Positions 49,086-62,494 of a DNA stretch of 64,000 nucleotides are shown here, one piece after another. Under the pieces are notes generated by a model. The model saw nothing but the letters and a program-made list of their open reading frames with translations. It had not been told where the DNA came from and searched no databases. The position numbers were made by a program, and so were the translations under genes. The DNA is from Mustelus asterias (Eukaryota), in the NCBI RefSeq assembly GCF_964213995.1, contig NW_027590159.1:186001-250000 (forward strand), given 5' to 3'. Numbering within the stretch: the stretch's first letter is position 1; each line of letters begins with the position of its first letter.

Positions 49086-51065
49086 AACTTTGAATAAATA
49101 GATACTAACTTAAGAAATGAAACGTATTCGTGTGGATGAAAGGGGTTGGAAGTATGCATTTCATCTTGTTAATAAATATTCGGTGTTGCACATCATATCT
49201 AGTTGCTCACGTATTGTGTGCAATAATTTGTTGAAAGCTTGGGATGAATCTTGTAACATCCTCTTGTTCAAAAGAAATTGAGGAATACAATAAACGTATG
49301 CCACGTTGGACTGCAAATGGATACTAAGGGACAATTCAGCATGACCACTCCTCCTAACCTGCACATCTTTGGACTGCAGGAGGAAAGCGGTAAACTTGGC
49401 GGAAACCCATGCACACAATTTGCAAAAACCAGACAGACAGTTACACAAGGCCGAAGTGGACCCTATGCCCATAACAATGTGAGGTACCAGTCATAACTCC
49501 TTTGTAAATAATTGCAATTAGTGTTAAGCATTTTATGGTAATTTGTTCAGTATTTACTTGCACATTCTTTGCCTCAGTCAATGCCTAAAGTTAATGAACT
49601 GCTCTGGACGCTCTTGAATGTGATATACAGCTGGCCATTCCACTGCCAAGGCATTGCATCTTTCAAATGACTCACTGAACTTCTCTCCTCTCTTTCTCTG
49701 TCTCAGACAAGACCTAAATCGGAAAACCTCTCTTCTCTCTCTCAATCTCCTTTAGCTCACTTACACAGGTACCCATGAGCCGGATCTGGCTACTCGTTCA
49801 AAAATGTTTAACTTTCATGCTTAAGGCAACTTGTGACTGAAACGATGAAACACAACAATCTCAACAGAGGAAAATTCAGTGCCGGAAACAGACCAGTTCA
49901 CTCTTTTATACGCTCTCCTCGATTTCACTCACACAACACCTAACACACTTAAACTTTCTATTTTAGAACACCTGTGCGGGGAAAAATGTTGCTTTAATTT
50001 TCCATCTTTTCTCTCAGCGATAATCTTCAATCCATCTTCCTTTCAATTAACCTACCTAAACCCCAAATATGATCATTTTCTTGATTCATTAACATGGCAA
50101 TCGAAGTGAATGTAATGCTGCGACCGGCAGCAATTCTGTAACTGTTCTTGAAGCTTTCAGAATCAGTTCACCCTCGCAGGCAGGAAGACTGTTCACGGTG
50201 ATAACATTAAACTGGCCCCGTTTGTTTCATTCTCAGGTAATATAACTTCCTGATTCTTGTTGCCAGTTCCAAACCACACATCTCACTTCTGAGCAGAAAA
50301 TAAATCCAGGGGCCACAATCTGATGAGAACATCTGTCAGTGCGGCCTATATCTGTCCACAGAGCCAGGGCAGTGTTATAAAGATCGCATTGTGGTGACAT
50401 TTACAAATGAGTCTGGTGCGATCTGTTCAGAGTTTCCATTCCCGGACATAACTGGATTGTCAGTGGATCAGTCACTGAGCTCTCCCAGGTTTTGTGAAGA
50501 AAGGAAATGATAGCTGTTATCTTGCATTGTTTGATCATTTTCTCTCCATCTGCTATTTATTTTTTGTTCTTCAGCTTTTATCTGTCAGCACCCCGTTTTT
50601 CTTTCTCCTAACTCTCCCGGTGTCTCTCTCTCTCTCTCTCTATCTCCTTGCCAGTGTATTGAACACTTTTATTCGTGTTCAAAATCATGACGTTTTGAGT
50701 GGGGTAATTAAAGAGAGGATATTTCAACTGGGAGGACGGTCAGCAACCAGTGGGCACAGATTTATTTTATTGAGCAGAGAGACAGAAATGTAATTGTTTG
50801 CTTTTACACAAGAGTTGTTGTGGACTGGAATGAACAGCTTCAGAGTATGATCGAATCAGATTTCACAGTAACTTTGAAAATAAATGAGATATATCCTTTA
50901 TGGAGTAAAATGTGAAGGATTTTCGAGAATAGGTCCATTTTAATGGTTCTTATGCATCATTGTCCTAGCATCGTTTCTGAGTCTCCCCCTGTCCTTCATT
51001 GAGACTGAATAACACGCAATATTTATACAGCTGTCGTCTTATGCTAATCTTATCTTTTGACAGCA

Positions 51066-51168
51066 CGTGTGTGTGAGTGTGTGTATGTGTGTGCTGTGTG
51101 TGTGTGTGTGTGCGGTGGAGGGGGGGGGGGGGCGGCGGGGGTTGGGGGGGGATGGGAGGGTTGGTGGT
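51066..51168 (+). repeat. (GT)n followed by poly-G tract
   Basis: Direct reading; a poly-C tract lies at 51480-51511. Confidence 0.9.
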
Positions 51169-53242
51169 GGACATTTGCCAGGAACCATTCCGAAATTCAA
51201 TTATTCAATTCTATTTACAAGCCATCACTTTGAACAAATTAGCATTGGATCGAACTTGTTTCGGAAAAGTGCAATAATCCTTAACAGTTATTGCACTATT
51301 CGTTTTGCCTCCGATTATATTTTCATACTTAGTCTTTTCAGTCTTCACATGTCCCAATTCTGACTGTAAATGTGGAACCGTTTGTAAGAATGAGAAGGAG
51401 AATGTTATTTTCTGTTCCTCTGACAGATTCACCATTGTTACCTCAGATAACAGAATTGTTTGGAGTCCACCATGATTGACCCCCCCCCCTCCCCCCCCCC
51501 CCCCCCCCCCCGGGAATAACAGCTCTTAGTCAGGTGGAGTCAGTGACCCTTGCGGCTGTCATCGGTTTCCAATCCGTGTTTACCACACAAATCCCTGCAT
51601 CACTCGTCATGACATGGAAACCTGCGCAGGGCCCTCGAAAAGATTGCTTCCTTATATCAAGTCCCATTCTGACTCCGGGCCGAGCTGTCTCTGTTAGTGA
51701 AACACCGGGGCCGGCCATTCAAATTATAATATTCTAATTCTCTATGATTATTTTTGGAAACCGTTACCCAATCAGTTGTGAATTGGAACCTGTATCTGAT
51801 TTTGCTACGTTTGACACCTGCCAGTTATTATTGGACAATTTACTTTTTTCTAGAATGATCACACGGAAAAAATGTTTATTTAAATGTTATATCATGTTCT
51901 GTCTCTCTTATTGTATCTATCTCATACATTAGTTCACATGATTCTCCCGGCCAGTTTATGTTATCATTGCGCCAGCACATCTGTCTATATTAGATTAGAT
52001 TCTGTCTCTGTTGTTACTGCATAATGTTTAATCATTTATGGGATGTGGGCATCACTCGCATCTGTTGCCCTTCCGTAATTGCCCCTGACAAAGTGATGAT
52101 GAGCTGCCATCTCGAACAGCTACTGTCCATGTTCACCAGGCAATATCACTGTTTGTATCACACAAGGTCTGGCCACCCTCATAATATACCTGATCCTGAT
52201 TCATCGTGTTACCGAGATTGTACAACCTATACACAGTAGAAAATATTTAGGATGGTTACCATGGAATTGGCGAATGTAACGGTTAAACAGAAATATTGCT
52301 CCATCTCTGGAGAACAGCAGATGTTTCAATCCTTTGCATTAATAGGAATAAGAAGTTTGAGAATTACAGGTGTAATTATCTCCTGTCGGCTATATACCCA
52401 CGGTCATTTCCGCCATCATTTTCACAAATCAGCACATAATTGAGTCGAAAATCAGGAACTTTAGTGAGACACGAAGAAGATCAATTTCCAGTAATCTCCT
52501 CGTCATTCGAGATGTGATTTATCCATTTTCCAACAGATTTTTAAAGACAGATAAGTCAACGCTGGGAGCAAAATAGTCAGATTGAAATCGTTTTGTGTGC
52601 AAGAGCACACAGCAGAATGGTTGTCAATAAATAGTTACATATTAAATGTTCTTCAGTTGAAATACATGAACTGTCTGGTGTTTTCATACACTCATGGAAG
52701 GCAGAGATGGACTGCAGGTTATCACTTGGAAAACTGAAGGGAAATTGCTAAAAGAAATCATTTCTCGAAAGGGGGTAATTGGAAAAAGGAATATTTAAAA
52801 GAAATAAGCACTCAAATGTCTAAGCAAGGTATGATATGATAATTCTTAGACATAGAACCATAGAATCCCTCGAGTTCAGCAAAAAACCATCTGGCTCACG
52901 GAGTTTGCATCCCACCCAGGCCCTCCCCTCTGTCCTATCCCCGGTAGCCCCACACATTTACCATGACGAATCCACATACCCTATGGACAATAACGGGCAA
53001 TTTTGCACAGCCAATCCATCTAATACGATCTGTTGTATTATGAACGAAGGACGGGTTTTGTGCAGTAAGCACAGTAAGAAGTCTCACAACACCAGGTTAA
53101 AGTCCAACAGGTTTATTTGGTAGCAAATACCATGCAGTAATACAGTAATACAGAGAAAGTGTCGAGTGCACCAATTATTGATACAGCACTTGTACTAATA
53201 TGAATGCAGACTGGGTCCAGTTCAGTGCTTACTGAGAGCTGG

Positions 53243-54045
53243 GAAAGAACAAAGATAAATTACAGCACAGGAACAGGCACTTCGGCCCTCTAAGCCTGCA
53301 CCGACCATGCTGCCCGACTTAACTAAAAGCCCCTACGCCTCCGAAGACCATATCCCTCTATTCCCATCTCATTCATGTACTTTCCTAGACGCCCCTTAAA
53401 AGTCACTACCGTGCCGGCTTCCACTACCTCCCCCGGCAACGAGTTCCAGGCACCCACCACTCTCTGTGTAAAAAATCTGCCTCGTACATGTCTTTTAAAA
53501 CTTGCCCCTCACACCATGAACATATGCCCCCTCGTAATTGACTCTTCCACCCTGGGAAAAAGCTTCTGACTATCCACTCTGTCCATGCCTCTTATAATCT
53601 TGCAGACTTCTATCAGGTCTCCCCTCAACCTCCGTCGCTCCAGTGAGAACAAACCACGTTTCTCCAACCTCTGCTCATAGCTAATGCCCTCCATACCAGG
53701 CAACATCCTGGTAAATCTTTTCTGTACCCTCTCCAGAGCCTCCACATCCTTCTGGTAGTGTGGCGACCAGAATTGACCATACATTCTAAGTGCGGCCTCA
53801 CTAAGATTCTATAAACCGTCAACATGACTTGCCAATTTCTAAACTCAATACACCGGCCGATGAAGGCAAGCATGCGGTATGCCTTCTTGACTACCTTCTC
53901 CACCTGCATTGCCACTTTCAGTGACCTATGTACCTGTACACCCAGATCCCTTTGCCTATCAATACTCCTAAGGGTTCTGCCATTTACTGTAAATTTCCTA
54001 TCTGTATTAGACCTTCCAAAATGCATTACCTCACATTTGTCCAGA
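53243..54045 (-). mobile_element. CR1 3' fragment
   Basis: MHFGRSN..QRDLGVQVHRSLK, QFWSPHYQKDVEALERVQKRFTRMLPG. Confidence 0.92.
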
Positions 54046-54103
54046 ATTTGTATAGCGTAGTACTAACCAGCGTGATGTTTTCTCACATAGACAGAAACAT
54101 GAA

Positions 54104-56356
54104 TTGTGTAACGAGGTAGGTAGAATTAAGGATCTTATTGTGAAGGACCCTCTTGGGTCTAGTGACCACAATATGGTCGAATTTCTGATTCAGATGGAAG
54201 AGGAGAAAGTTTGGTCTCAAACCAGTGTCCTCTGTTTGAACAGAGGGAAATATGATAGGATGAGGGATGAATTGGCTAAGGTAGACTGGGAGAGCAGGCT
54301 GGCAGGTAGGATAGCTGAGGAACAGTGGAGGATTTTTAAGGAGATCCTTTTCAGTTCTCAGCAAAAATATATTCCAGCAAAAAACAAGGATTGTAAGAAA
54401 AGGGAGAACCAGCCGTGGATAACGAAGGAAATAAAGGAGAGTATTAAAATAAAAACAGCTGCGTACAGAGTGGCCAAAAATAGTGGAGAAACAAGTGATT
54501 GGGAAAAATTTAAGAAACAACAAAGAGAGACTAAGAAAGCGATAAAGAAAGGAAGGATAGACTATGAAGCTAGGCTAGCAATTAATATAAAAAATGATAG
54601 TAAAAGTTTTTATAAATATATAAAAAGGAATAGAGTGGCTAGAGTGAATGTTGGACCCTTGGAGGACGAGAGGGGGGAGTTAATAGTGGGAAATGAGGAT
54701 ATGGCTGAGTCTTTAAATAAGTTTTTTGTGTCGGTCTTCACGGTGGAGGACACAAATAGTTTGCCAAATATTAACGATAGAGGGTTGGCAGCAGGAGAAA
54801 TACTTAATACAATTAATGTTACCAGAGAGGCAGTGCTGGGTAGACTAATGGGACTGAAGGTGGACAAGTCCCCGGGTCCGGATGGAATGCATCCCAGGGT
54901 ATTGAAAGAAATGTCAGAGGTAATAGTGGATGCGTTAGTGATTATTTATCAAAACTCGTTGCATTCTGGGGTAGTGCCGGTTGATTGGAAAACGGCTAAT
55001 GTTACGCCGCTGTTTAAAAAAGGAAGGAGACAAAAGGCGGGTAACTATAGGCCGGTCAGCTTAACGTCTGTAGTAGGGAAAATGCTGGAATCCATTATTA
55101 AAGAGGAGATAGCAGGGCATCTGGATAGAAATGGTTCGATCAATCAGACGCAGCATGGATTCATGAGGGGAAAGTCGTGCTTGACGAACATGTTGGATTT
55201 TTATGAAGATGTGACGAGGGCGGTTGATGGAGGAGAACCGGTGGATGCGGTGTTTTTGGATTTCCAAAAGGCGTTTGATAAGGTGCCCCATAAAAGGCTG
55301 CTGAAGAAGATTAGGGCACACGGAGTTGGGGGCAGTGTGTTAAAGTGGATTGGGGACTGGCTATCCGACAGGAAGCAAAGAGTCGGAATAAATGGGTGTT
55401 TTTCCGGTTGGAGGAAGGTAACTAGTGGCGTGCCGCAGGGATCGGTACTCGGGCCGCAACTGTTTACCATTTATATAGATGATCTGGAGGAGGGTACGGA
55501 GTGTAGGGTAACGAAGTTTGCAGACGACACAAAGATAAGTGGAAAAGTGAATCGTGTGGAGGACGGAGAAGATCTGCAGAGAGATTTGGACAGGCTGAGT
55601 GAGTGGGCGAGGATATGGCAAATGGAGTATAACGTTGAGAAATGCGAGGTTATACACTTTGGAGGAAATAATAACAAATGGGATTACTATCTCAATGGAA
55701 ACAAACTAAAACATGCTACCGTGCAAAGGGACCTGGGGGTCCTTGTGCATGAGACGCAAAAGCCCAGTCTGCAGGTACAACAGGTGACCAAGAAGGGAAA
55801 TGGGATGTTGGCCTATATTGCGAAGGGCATAGAATATAAAAGCAGGGATGTCTTGATGCACCTGTACAGGGCATTGGTGAGGCCGCAGCTGGAATACTGT
55901 GTGCAGTATTGGTCCCCTTATATGAGGAAGGATATATTGGCATTGGAGGGAGTGCAGAGAAAGTTCACCAGGTTGATACCGGAGATGAGGGGTTTGGATT
56001 ATGAGGAGAGGCTGAGGAGATTGGGTTTGTACTCGTTGGAGTTTAGAAGGATGAGGGGGGAACTTATGGAGACTGAGAAGATAATGCGGGGGCTGGATAG
56101 GGTGGAGGCGGAGAGATTCTTTCCACTTAGTAAGGAAGTTAAAACTAGAGGACACAGCCTCAAAATAAAGGGGGGTCGGTTTAAGACAGAGTTGAGGAGG
56201 AACTTCTTCTCCCAGAGGGTCGTGAATCTCTGGAATTCTCTGCCCACTGAGGTGGTGGAGGCTACCTCGCTGAATATGTTTAAAGCGCGGATGGATGGAT
56301 TCCTGATCGGTAAGGGAATTAAGGGTTATGGGGATCAGGCGGGTAAGTGGTACTGA
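54104..56356 (+). CDS. CR1 ORF2, 5'-truncated (end of APE endonuclease, intact RT, C-terminus), 750 aa
   Basis: [64 protein letters not shown]; no stops; no true start codon. Confidence 0.95.
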   Translation: MCNEVGRIKDLIVKDPLGSSDHNMVEFLIQMEEEKVWSQTSVLCLNRGKYDRMRDELAKVDWESRLAGRIAEEQWRIFKEILFSSQQKYIPAKNKDCKKRENQPWITKEIKESIKIKTAAYRVAKNSGETSDWEKFKKQQRETKKAIKKGRIDYEARLAINIKNDSKSFYKYIKRNRVARVNVGPLEDERGELIVGNEDMAESLNKFFVSVFTVEDTNSLPNINDRGLAAGEILNTINVTREAVLGRLMGLKVDKSPGPDGMHPRVLKEMSEVIVDALVIIYQNSLHSGVVPVDWKTANVTPLFKKGRRQKAGNYRPVSLTSVVGKMLESIIKEEIAGHLDRNGSINQTQHGFMRGKSCLTNMLDFYEDVTRAVDGGEPVDAVFLDFQKAFDKVPHKRLLKKIRAHGVGGSVLKWIGDWLSDRKQRVGINGCFSGWRKVTSGVPQGSVLGPQLFTIYIDDLEEGTECRVTKFADDTKISGKVNRVEDGEDLQRDLDRLSEWARIWQMEYNVEKCEVIHFGGNNNKWDYYLNGNKLKHATVQRDLGVLVHETQKPSLQVQQVTKKGNGMLAYIAKGIEYKSRDVLMHLYRALVRPQLEYCVQYWSPYMRKDILALEGVQRKFTRLIPEMRGLDYEERLRRLGLYSLEFRRMRGELMETEKIMRGLDRVEAERFFPLSKEVKTRGHSLKIKGGRFKTELRRNFFSQRVVNLWNSLPTEVVEATSLNMFKARMDGFLIGKGIKGYGDQAGKWY

Positions 56357-56446
56357 TCCACGTCAGATCAGCCATGATCTTATTGAATGGCGGGGCAGGC
56401 TCGAGGGGCTAGATGGCCTACTCCTGCTCCTATTTCTTATGTTCTT
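54106..56446 (+). mobile_element. Young CR1 LINE insertion with 7-bp TSD
   Basis: ATGAATT at 54099-54105 and 56447-56453; (TTCTTATG)n tail. Confidence 0.92.
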
Positions 56447-56499
56447 ATGAATTACGCAACTGTAACAATGTCAAGGTTTATTCCAATGTAAGCAGAGAC

Positions 56500-58582
56500 A
56501 ATGTAGAAAATTACAGCTCAGAAACAGGCCTTTTGGCCCTTCTTGTCTTTGCCGAACCATTTTTTGCCTAGTCCCACTGACCTGCACTTGGACCATATCC
56601 CTCCACACCCCTCTCATCCATGAACCCGTCCAAGTTTTTCTTAAATGTTGAAGTGGCATTTACCACTTTATCCGGCAGCTCATTCCACACTCCCACCACT
56701 CTCTGCGTGAAGAAGTTCTCCCCTAATATTCCCTTTAAACATTTCTCCTTGCACCCTTAACCCATGTCCTCTGGTTTTCTTCTCCCCGAGCCTCAGCGGA
56801 AAAAGCCTGCTTGCATTCACTCTATCTATACCCATCAAAATCTTATGCACCTCTATCAAATCTCCCCTCAATCTTCTATGCTCCAGGGAATAAAGTCCCA
56901 ACCTATTCAATCGCTCTGTGCAACTCAGCTTCTCAAGACCCGGCAATATCCTTGTGAACCTTCTCTGCACTCTTTCAACCTTATTTACATCCTTCCTGTA
57001 ACTAGGTGACCAAAACTGTACACAATACTCCAAATTCGGCCTCACCAATGCCTTATATAACCTTACCATAACACTCCAACTTTTATACTCGTTACTCAGA
57101 TTTATCAAAGCCAATGTACCAATGTACTCTTTATACCTGTGACGTCACTTTTAGGGAATTCTGTACCTGTATTCCCAGATCCCTCTGTTCAATTGCACTC
57201 TTCAGAGTCCTACCATTTACCCTATACGTTCTACTTTAGTTTGTGCTTCCAATGTGCAATATCTCACACTTGTCTGCGTTAAATTATCCTATAAGAAGGA
57301 TGTGGAAGCGCTGGAAAGAGTGCAGAGGAGATTTACCAGGATGCTGCCTGGATTGGAGGGTAGGTCTTATGAGGAAAGGTTGAGGGAGCTTGGGCTGTTC
57401 TCTCTGGAGCGGAGGAGGCTGAGGGGAGACTTAATAGAGGTTTATAAAATGATGAAGGGGATAGATAGAGTGGACGTTCAAAGACTATTTCCTCGGGTGG
57501 ATGGAGCTATTACAAGGGGGCATAACTATAGGGTTCGTGGTGGGAGATACAGGAAGGATATCAGAGGTAGGTTCTTTACGCAGAGAGTGGTTGGGGTGTG
57601 GAATGGACTGCCTGCAGTGATAGTGGAGTCAGACACTTTCAGAACATTTAAGCGGTTATTGGATAGGCACATGGAGCACACCAGGATGATAGGGAGTGGG
57701 ATAGCTTGATCTTGGTTTCAGATAAAGCTCGGCACAACATCGTGGGCCGAAGGGCCTGTTCTGTGCTGTACTGTTCTATGTTCTATGTAAATTCCATTTG
57801 CCATTTTTCAGCCCATTTTTCGAGTTGGTCCAAATCCCTCTGCAAGCTTTGAAAACCTTCCTCACTGTCCACTCCACCTCCAATCTTTGTATCATCAGTA
57901 AACATGCTGATCCAATTTACCACATTATCATCCAGATCATTGATATAGATGACAACCAACAATGGACCCAACAGCGATCCCTGCGGCACACCACTAGTCA
58001 CAGGCCTCCACTCAGAGAAGCAATCCTCCACAACCACCCTCTGGCTTCTTCCATTGAACCAGTGTCTAATCCAATTTACTACCTCCCCATGTATACCTAG
58101 CGACTGAACCTTCCTAACTAACCTCCCATGAGGGACCTTGTCAAAGGTCTTGCTGAAATCCAGGTAGACAACATCCACCGCCTTCCCTTCATCCACTTTC
58201 CTGGTAACCTCCTCGAAAAACTCTAATAGATTGGTCAAACATGACCTACCACGCACAAAGCCATGTTGACTCTCCCTAATAAGTCCCTGTCTATCCAAAT
58301 ATTTGTAGATCCTATCCCTTATGACACCTTCCAATAACTTGCCCACCACCGACGTCAAACTTACTGGCCTATAATTTCCCGGATTTATTTTGGAACCTTT
58401 TTTTAAACAACGGAACAACATGAGCCACCCTCCAATCATCCGGCACCTCCCCCGTGAATACTGACATTTTAAATATGTCTGCCAGGGCCCCTGCAAGTTC
58501 AACACTAGCTTCCCTCAAGGTCCGTGGGAATACCCTGTCTGGTCCTGGGGATTTATCCACTCTGAATTGCCTCAAGACAGCG
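56500..58582 (-). mobile_element. CR1 LINE split by a nested opposite-strand CR1
   Basis: RT motifs at 57788-58582 continue into 57285-56500 once the insert is removed (..GCGTTAAATT|CCATTTGCC..). Confidence 0.92.
57286..57787 (+). mobile_element. Nested CR1 3' end with TSD TAAATT
   Basis: TAAATT at 57280-85 and 57788-93; YKKDVEALERVQRRFTRMLPG; (GTTCTAT)n tail. Confidence 0.92.
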
Positions 58583-59471
58583 ATGGATTATAGTACAAGG
58601 TGTACTATAATTTAAACTGAGACAGGTTCTAGTGTAATGTAATCTCACACGGACGCTATTAGAATATAATTATCTATTAGGGATATAATCTAGTGTGATA
58701 TAAACAGAGATGTGACCCAGTGGAATAAAAAGCGAGGCAATGCAGAGTAAAGCAATAATTGAGAGAGGATAATGTGTAAAATGAACAGTGGTATGGTTTG
58801 GCGCATTAATAAAGGACACAGCAGCTAGCGCAATAAAACTCCACCTGTTCAATCGGTTCAAATACTGTTGAATCTGATTCTGGGCATTGTATGATATAAA
58901 CTGAGACAAAGCTGATGCAATAATTTCAAACTAAGGCTTCAGATTGATAAAAGTTTTGACAGGGACATTAGAGCAATAAACGAGTCATGAAATAGAACAA
59001 TAATTAGAGACAGGATATTATTCGGTATAAACAGGGAGGTGGACTGGTGCAGCAGTGATTGAGGGAAAGTCGAGGTTTCTTTATACGTTGCAGGTTCCAG
59101 CAATGTAATATCAAATGGGACTTGGTACGGTATACTGACAACTGGTATTTTGCTGAGTATAGAATCAATTGAGAATTATTGTCATGTAATCAGAATTATG
59201 ATTTTGTGTCATATAAACTAGGTCTAGTTTCGGATGGATAAAGACTGCATCTATTGCAGCAATGACTGAGACGATCTGTTTCGCGTCGTGCCAAAGAGCA
59301 CGGTTTCACTGCCATCTCCTGGACGTCCTTTGATATAGCAGATGTTATGAAATGCTGATTTTCGTTGCCGTTTCTTATTCTTTCATGGGGTGTATACACA
59401 GCTGGCAAGGCCAGCATAATTTGGCAATCGCGAGTACTCTGAATTCATTGGTTTCCTAGATCATCACAGAA

Positions 59472-59670
59472 GGCTTCCTCCCACAGTCCAAAGATGTGCA
59501 GGTTAGGTTGATTGGCCAGGTTACAAATTGCCCCTTAGAGTCCTGAGATGCGTAGGTTAGAGGGATTAGCAGGTAAATATGTGCGGGTAGGGCCTGGGTG
59601 GGATTGTGGTCGGTGCAGACTCGATGGGCCGAATGGCCTCCTTTTGCACTGTAGGGTTTCTATGATTCTA
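59472..59670 (+). mobile_element. HE1-like SINE subtype 1, 3' half
   Basis: TTCCTCCCACAGTCCAAAGATGTGCAGG...GCAGACTCGATGGGCCGAATGGCCTCC..CTATGATTCT. Confidence 0.85.
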
Positions 59671-59959
59671 AGGCATGTAAACGCCAAACACGTGTGGCCT
59701 TGAGTCAGCTATGGGCCAAACTGGGAAATGATGGATGGTTTCCTTTTCTGCTGGGCATTAGAGGATCTGTTATATTACATGTATTGGCCGCAATTACGGA
59801 AACGAGGCTTAAATTCAAAATTGCAATTGCATTTTAAACCCACGTTCTTTTGCAGTTAGATTTGAACATGTACCTTGAGAAAATTGCCTCCCCTCAGAAA
59901 TCCTCTCCCAGTGATATTACCACGTTGCCACTGTCTTCATTTTCCACACTGATAGACTA

Positions 59960-61545
59960 TTTACAGGAGAGAAGAAGGCCATTTTGAAGCATCATGTATG
60001 TGCTGGTCCTCTAAAGGAGCAATTCATCCAATAACACTCTATACCCCACAGTCCAGCATTTTGTCAATTCCAGACAATAATCCAATCCCATTTTGAAACC
60101 ATCAATTGTCGCTCCCTGAACCATACTCTGAAACAGCAGATTGCAGGTCTGAATCAGTCACTGTCCGAAAATGTGTTTCGTTATGACTCCATGCTTCTTT
60201 CACCAATTAACTTCAACCCGCGCCCTCTGTTACAAAATCCATCTGCTATTGAACAATTCCTGACCCCTCAGGATTTTGAAGGCCTCAAAGGGATCACATC
60301 AGCAACTTCCTGTCAAGGAAATCAGTCCGAACCTCACCAATATATTTTCGTTACTGAAGTTTCTGATCTCTGGAACTAATCTCGTATTTTCCACCTGCAT
60401 CCAGCCTACTGGCTTTACATTTCTCCTTACGTTTGGTGCCCAGAATTTGACGCAATTTTTCAGTTGGCTATTTTCCAGTGCTTTTTACAAATTTAGCATA
60501 ACTTCCTTGCTTCTGTATTCTTTCCCCCAACAGACAAAGACTGTTAACTATTTTATTTTCCACTCTTTCAAACTGTCTTCCACCATGAATGATTTGTGCA
60601 CATATTCACTCAGGTCCCTCGGCGTCTTACCGCCACTTTCACAGCGTTTTCATCATTTCCCTTTGTCTCTTCACATTCTGCTTAACAAAACTAATCATGT
60701 AACTTTACATGCGATCAATTAAATCTCCCAATTGCAGGACAATTCCACAAATTAGTTTTTTTTCGTTCTGAAGTTCTGCTCGGTCTTCTGATGGTTGGCA
60801 ATGTTTCCATGTTTTGCATTATACACAGATTTTGAAAGTCTGACCTCCATACCAAGCTCTCGGCCATTACTATGCCGGGAAGATCAAGAGTCATGTAACC
60901 TATTCCTGGCACCTTCACTACAAACTTTGTTCCAGTCCGAAAAACAGCTATGAGTTGTTTCCTGGCACTCAGCCAATTTCCTATCCGTGTTGCTCCTATC
61001 CATTTTATTCTCTGATCTCCACATTTACTCACAAGCTGTGATGCAGCACCATATCACCTTTGGACGCCCATTAAGAGAAATACCCTCACAAACCATCTAT
61101 GTTGTTCAGCATTAAACTCAAGCAAGTTGAACGAAAACGATTTGACCTGAACAAATGCATTCTGGCTGAATTTGTCAAAAAGCATTTAAGTGGGATGATT
61201 TCTGCAGTGATGAAGGCAGTGAAGATATGGATGCTATATCTGCTGACGACACACGGGATAGAGCGGAAAATTGGGCATTGGCGAGGTCATTGGATATATC
61301 TCGAATATTGTGTACACTACTTGTCTCCTTATCTTAAGAAACATGTTAATGCATCAGAAAAAGTTCAGAGGAGTTTACGAAACCATCACCAGCTCTGAGC
61401 GAGTGATCTGATGAGGAAAGGATGTTGACGTCAGGTTTGTATCCACGGGAGTTCAGAAGAGTAAGAGGCAAATTGAGTGAAAGCTTTAAAACGCTAAGGG
61501 GTGCCAACAGTGTGGATGTTGAGCGGATGATTCTTCCTGTCCAGT
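59960..61545. mobile_element. Very old CR1 fragments in mixed orientations
   Basis: IGNWLSARKQ (minus); YLEYCVHYLSPYLKKHVNASEKVQR and EFRRVRGKLSESFK (plus). Confidence 0.65.
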
Positions 61546-62494
61546 GTTGTAGCTGTACTGGATATGTCTCTGGGTGTATATATTTGGTCTCTTGGTTCTG
61601 CGTCTGTTTCCAATGCTGTTGTACTGTCCACGGAGGGCGCTCTCTGATCGCTTACCGAAAATCATGGCATCCTTTTGCAGAAAGTGAATATTTGCCGATA
61701 TGCAAATGGGCGGAGAAAATAAATCCCATCCCATCACATTGTATCTTCCCGGTTCTTTTGATTCAACCTTTAACTTCAATACATTCATTTAACACAAATG
61801 TCCTCATTCTGAATTGAATATCTCTGAAATAGACAACATTGAATTGCAAGCATGGCTAATCAACAAAAGAGCGCGAGTCACTGGGAAATACACATATTAT
61901 TGTTGGCAATGTTTCCATGTTTTGCATTATTTTTTTGAAATTGACCAAAGTCAGCTTTCAAACAAAAGCAAATATCTTTCAAGGAAAGAGATTTAAGAAT
62001 GATCTGTTAGTTATACGTGATCCTTCTTTATTCGGTGTGTGAAACATTCTGGCGCTTAAATCTCTTTCATCGACCGGAGGCCCAGCAGTTCCGCACTGAT
62101 GCCCGATTTCCTCATCTGTCTGAGTGTTTTTCCCTCTTTCTTTATTCGGAAGAACAATTTTTAAAATAACCTTCAAAGCAATGTGTGCCATTTCCTCTCG
62201 TTCAGTTACACTTTCACTTGTGTCTGTCTTTATGAGCCCGCACTACTGGTAGACATGTTTCAGATGGTGATTAAATCTGTTAGTCTGCACCGGTAAACGC
62301 ATTAAATTTTGTTGCGGACTGAACGAGTTGAGAATATATGTACAAACAAGACAAACATTTATTTCCTGCCATTGCATCCTAAATAACAGCATTTCTGATT
62401 TTCCTAAAGGCAATTGAATTAATGTAAGGTCCGATTTTCCGAAAAGCATTTGAGTTGATGTAACATCGAGATTCACATAATGTTGAGCAATGAT

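Noticed and set aside
50240-50300. Minus-strand WFGTGNK resembling a light-chain/TCR J motif
   Set aside because: No RSS with correct spacing, no T-x-L-x-V continuation and no splice donor.
54104-56356. Autonomous active LINE or domesticated RT gene
   Set aside because: 5'-truncated within the endonuclease, no ORF1, promoter or ATG; the TSD and tail show an ordinary recent insertion.
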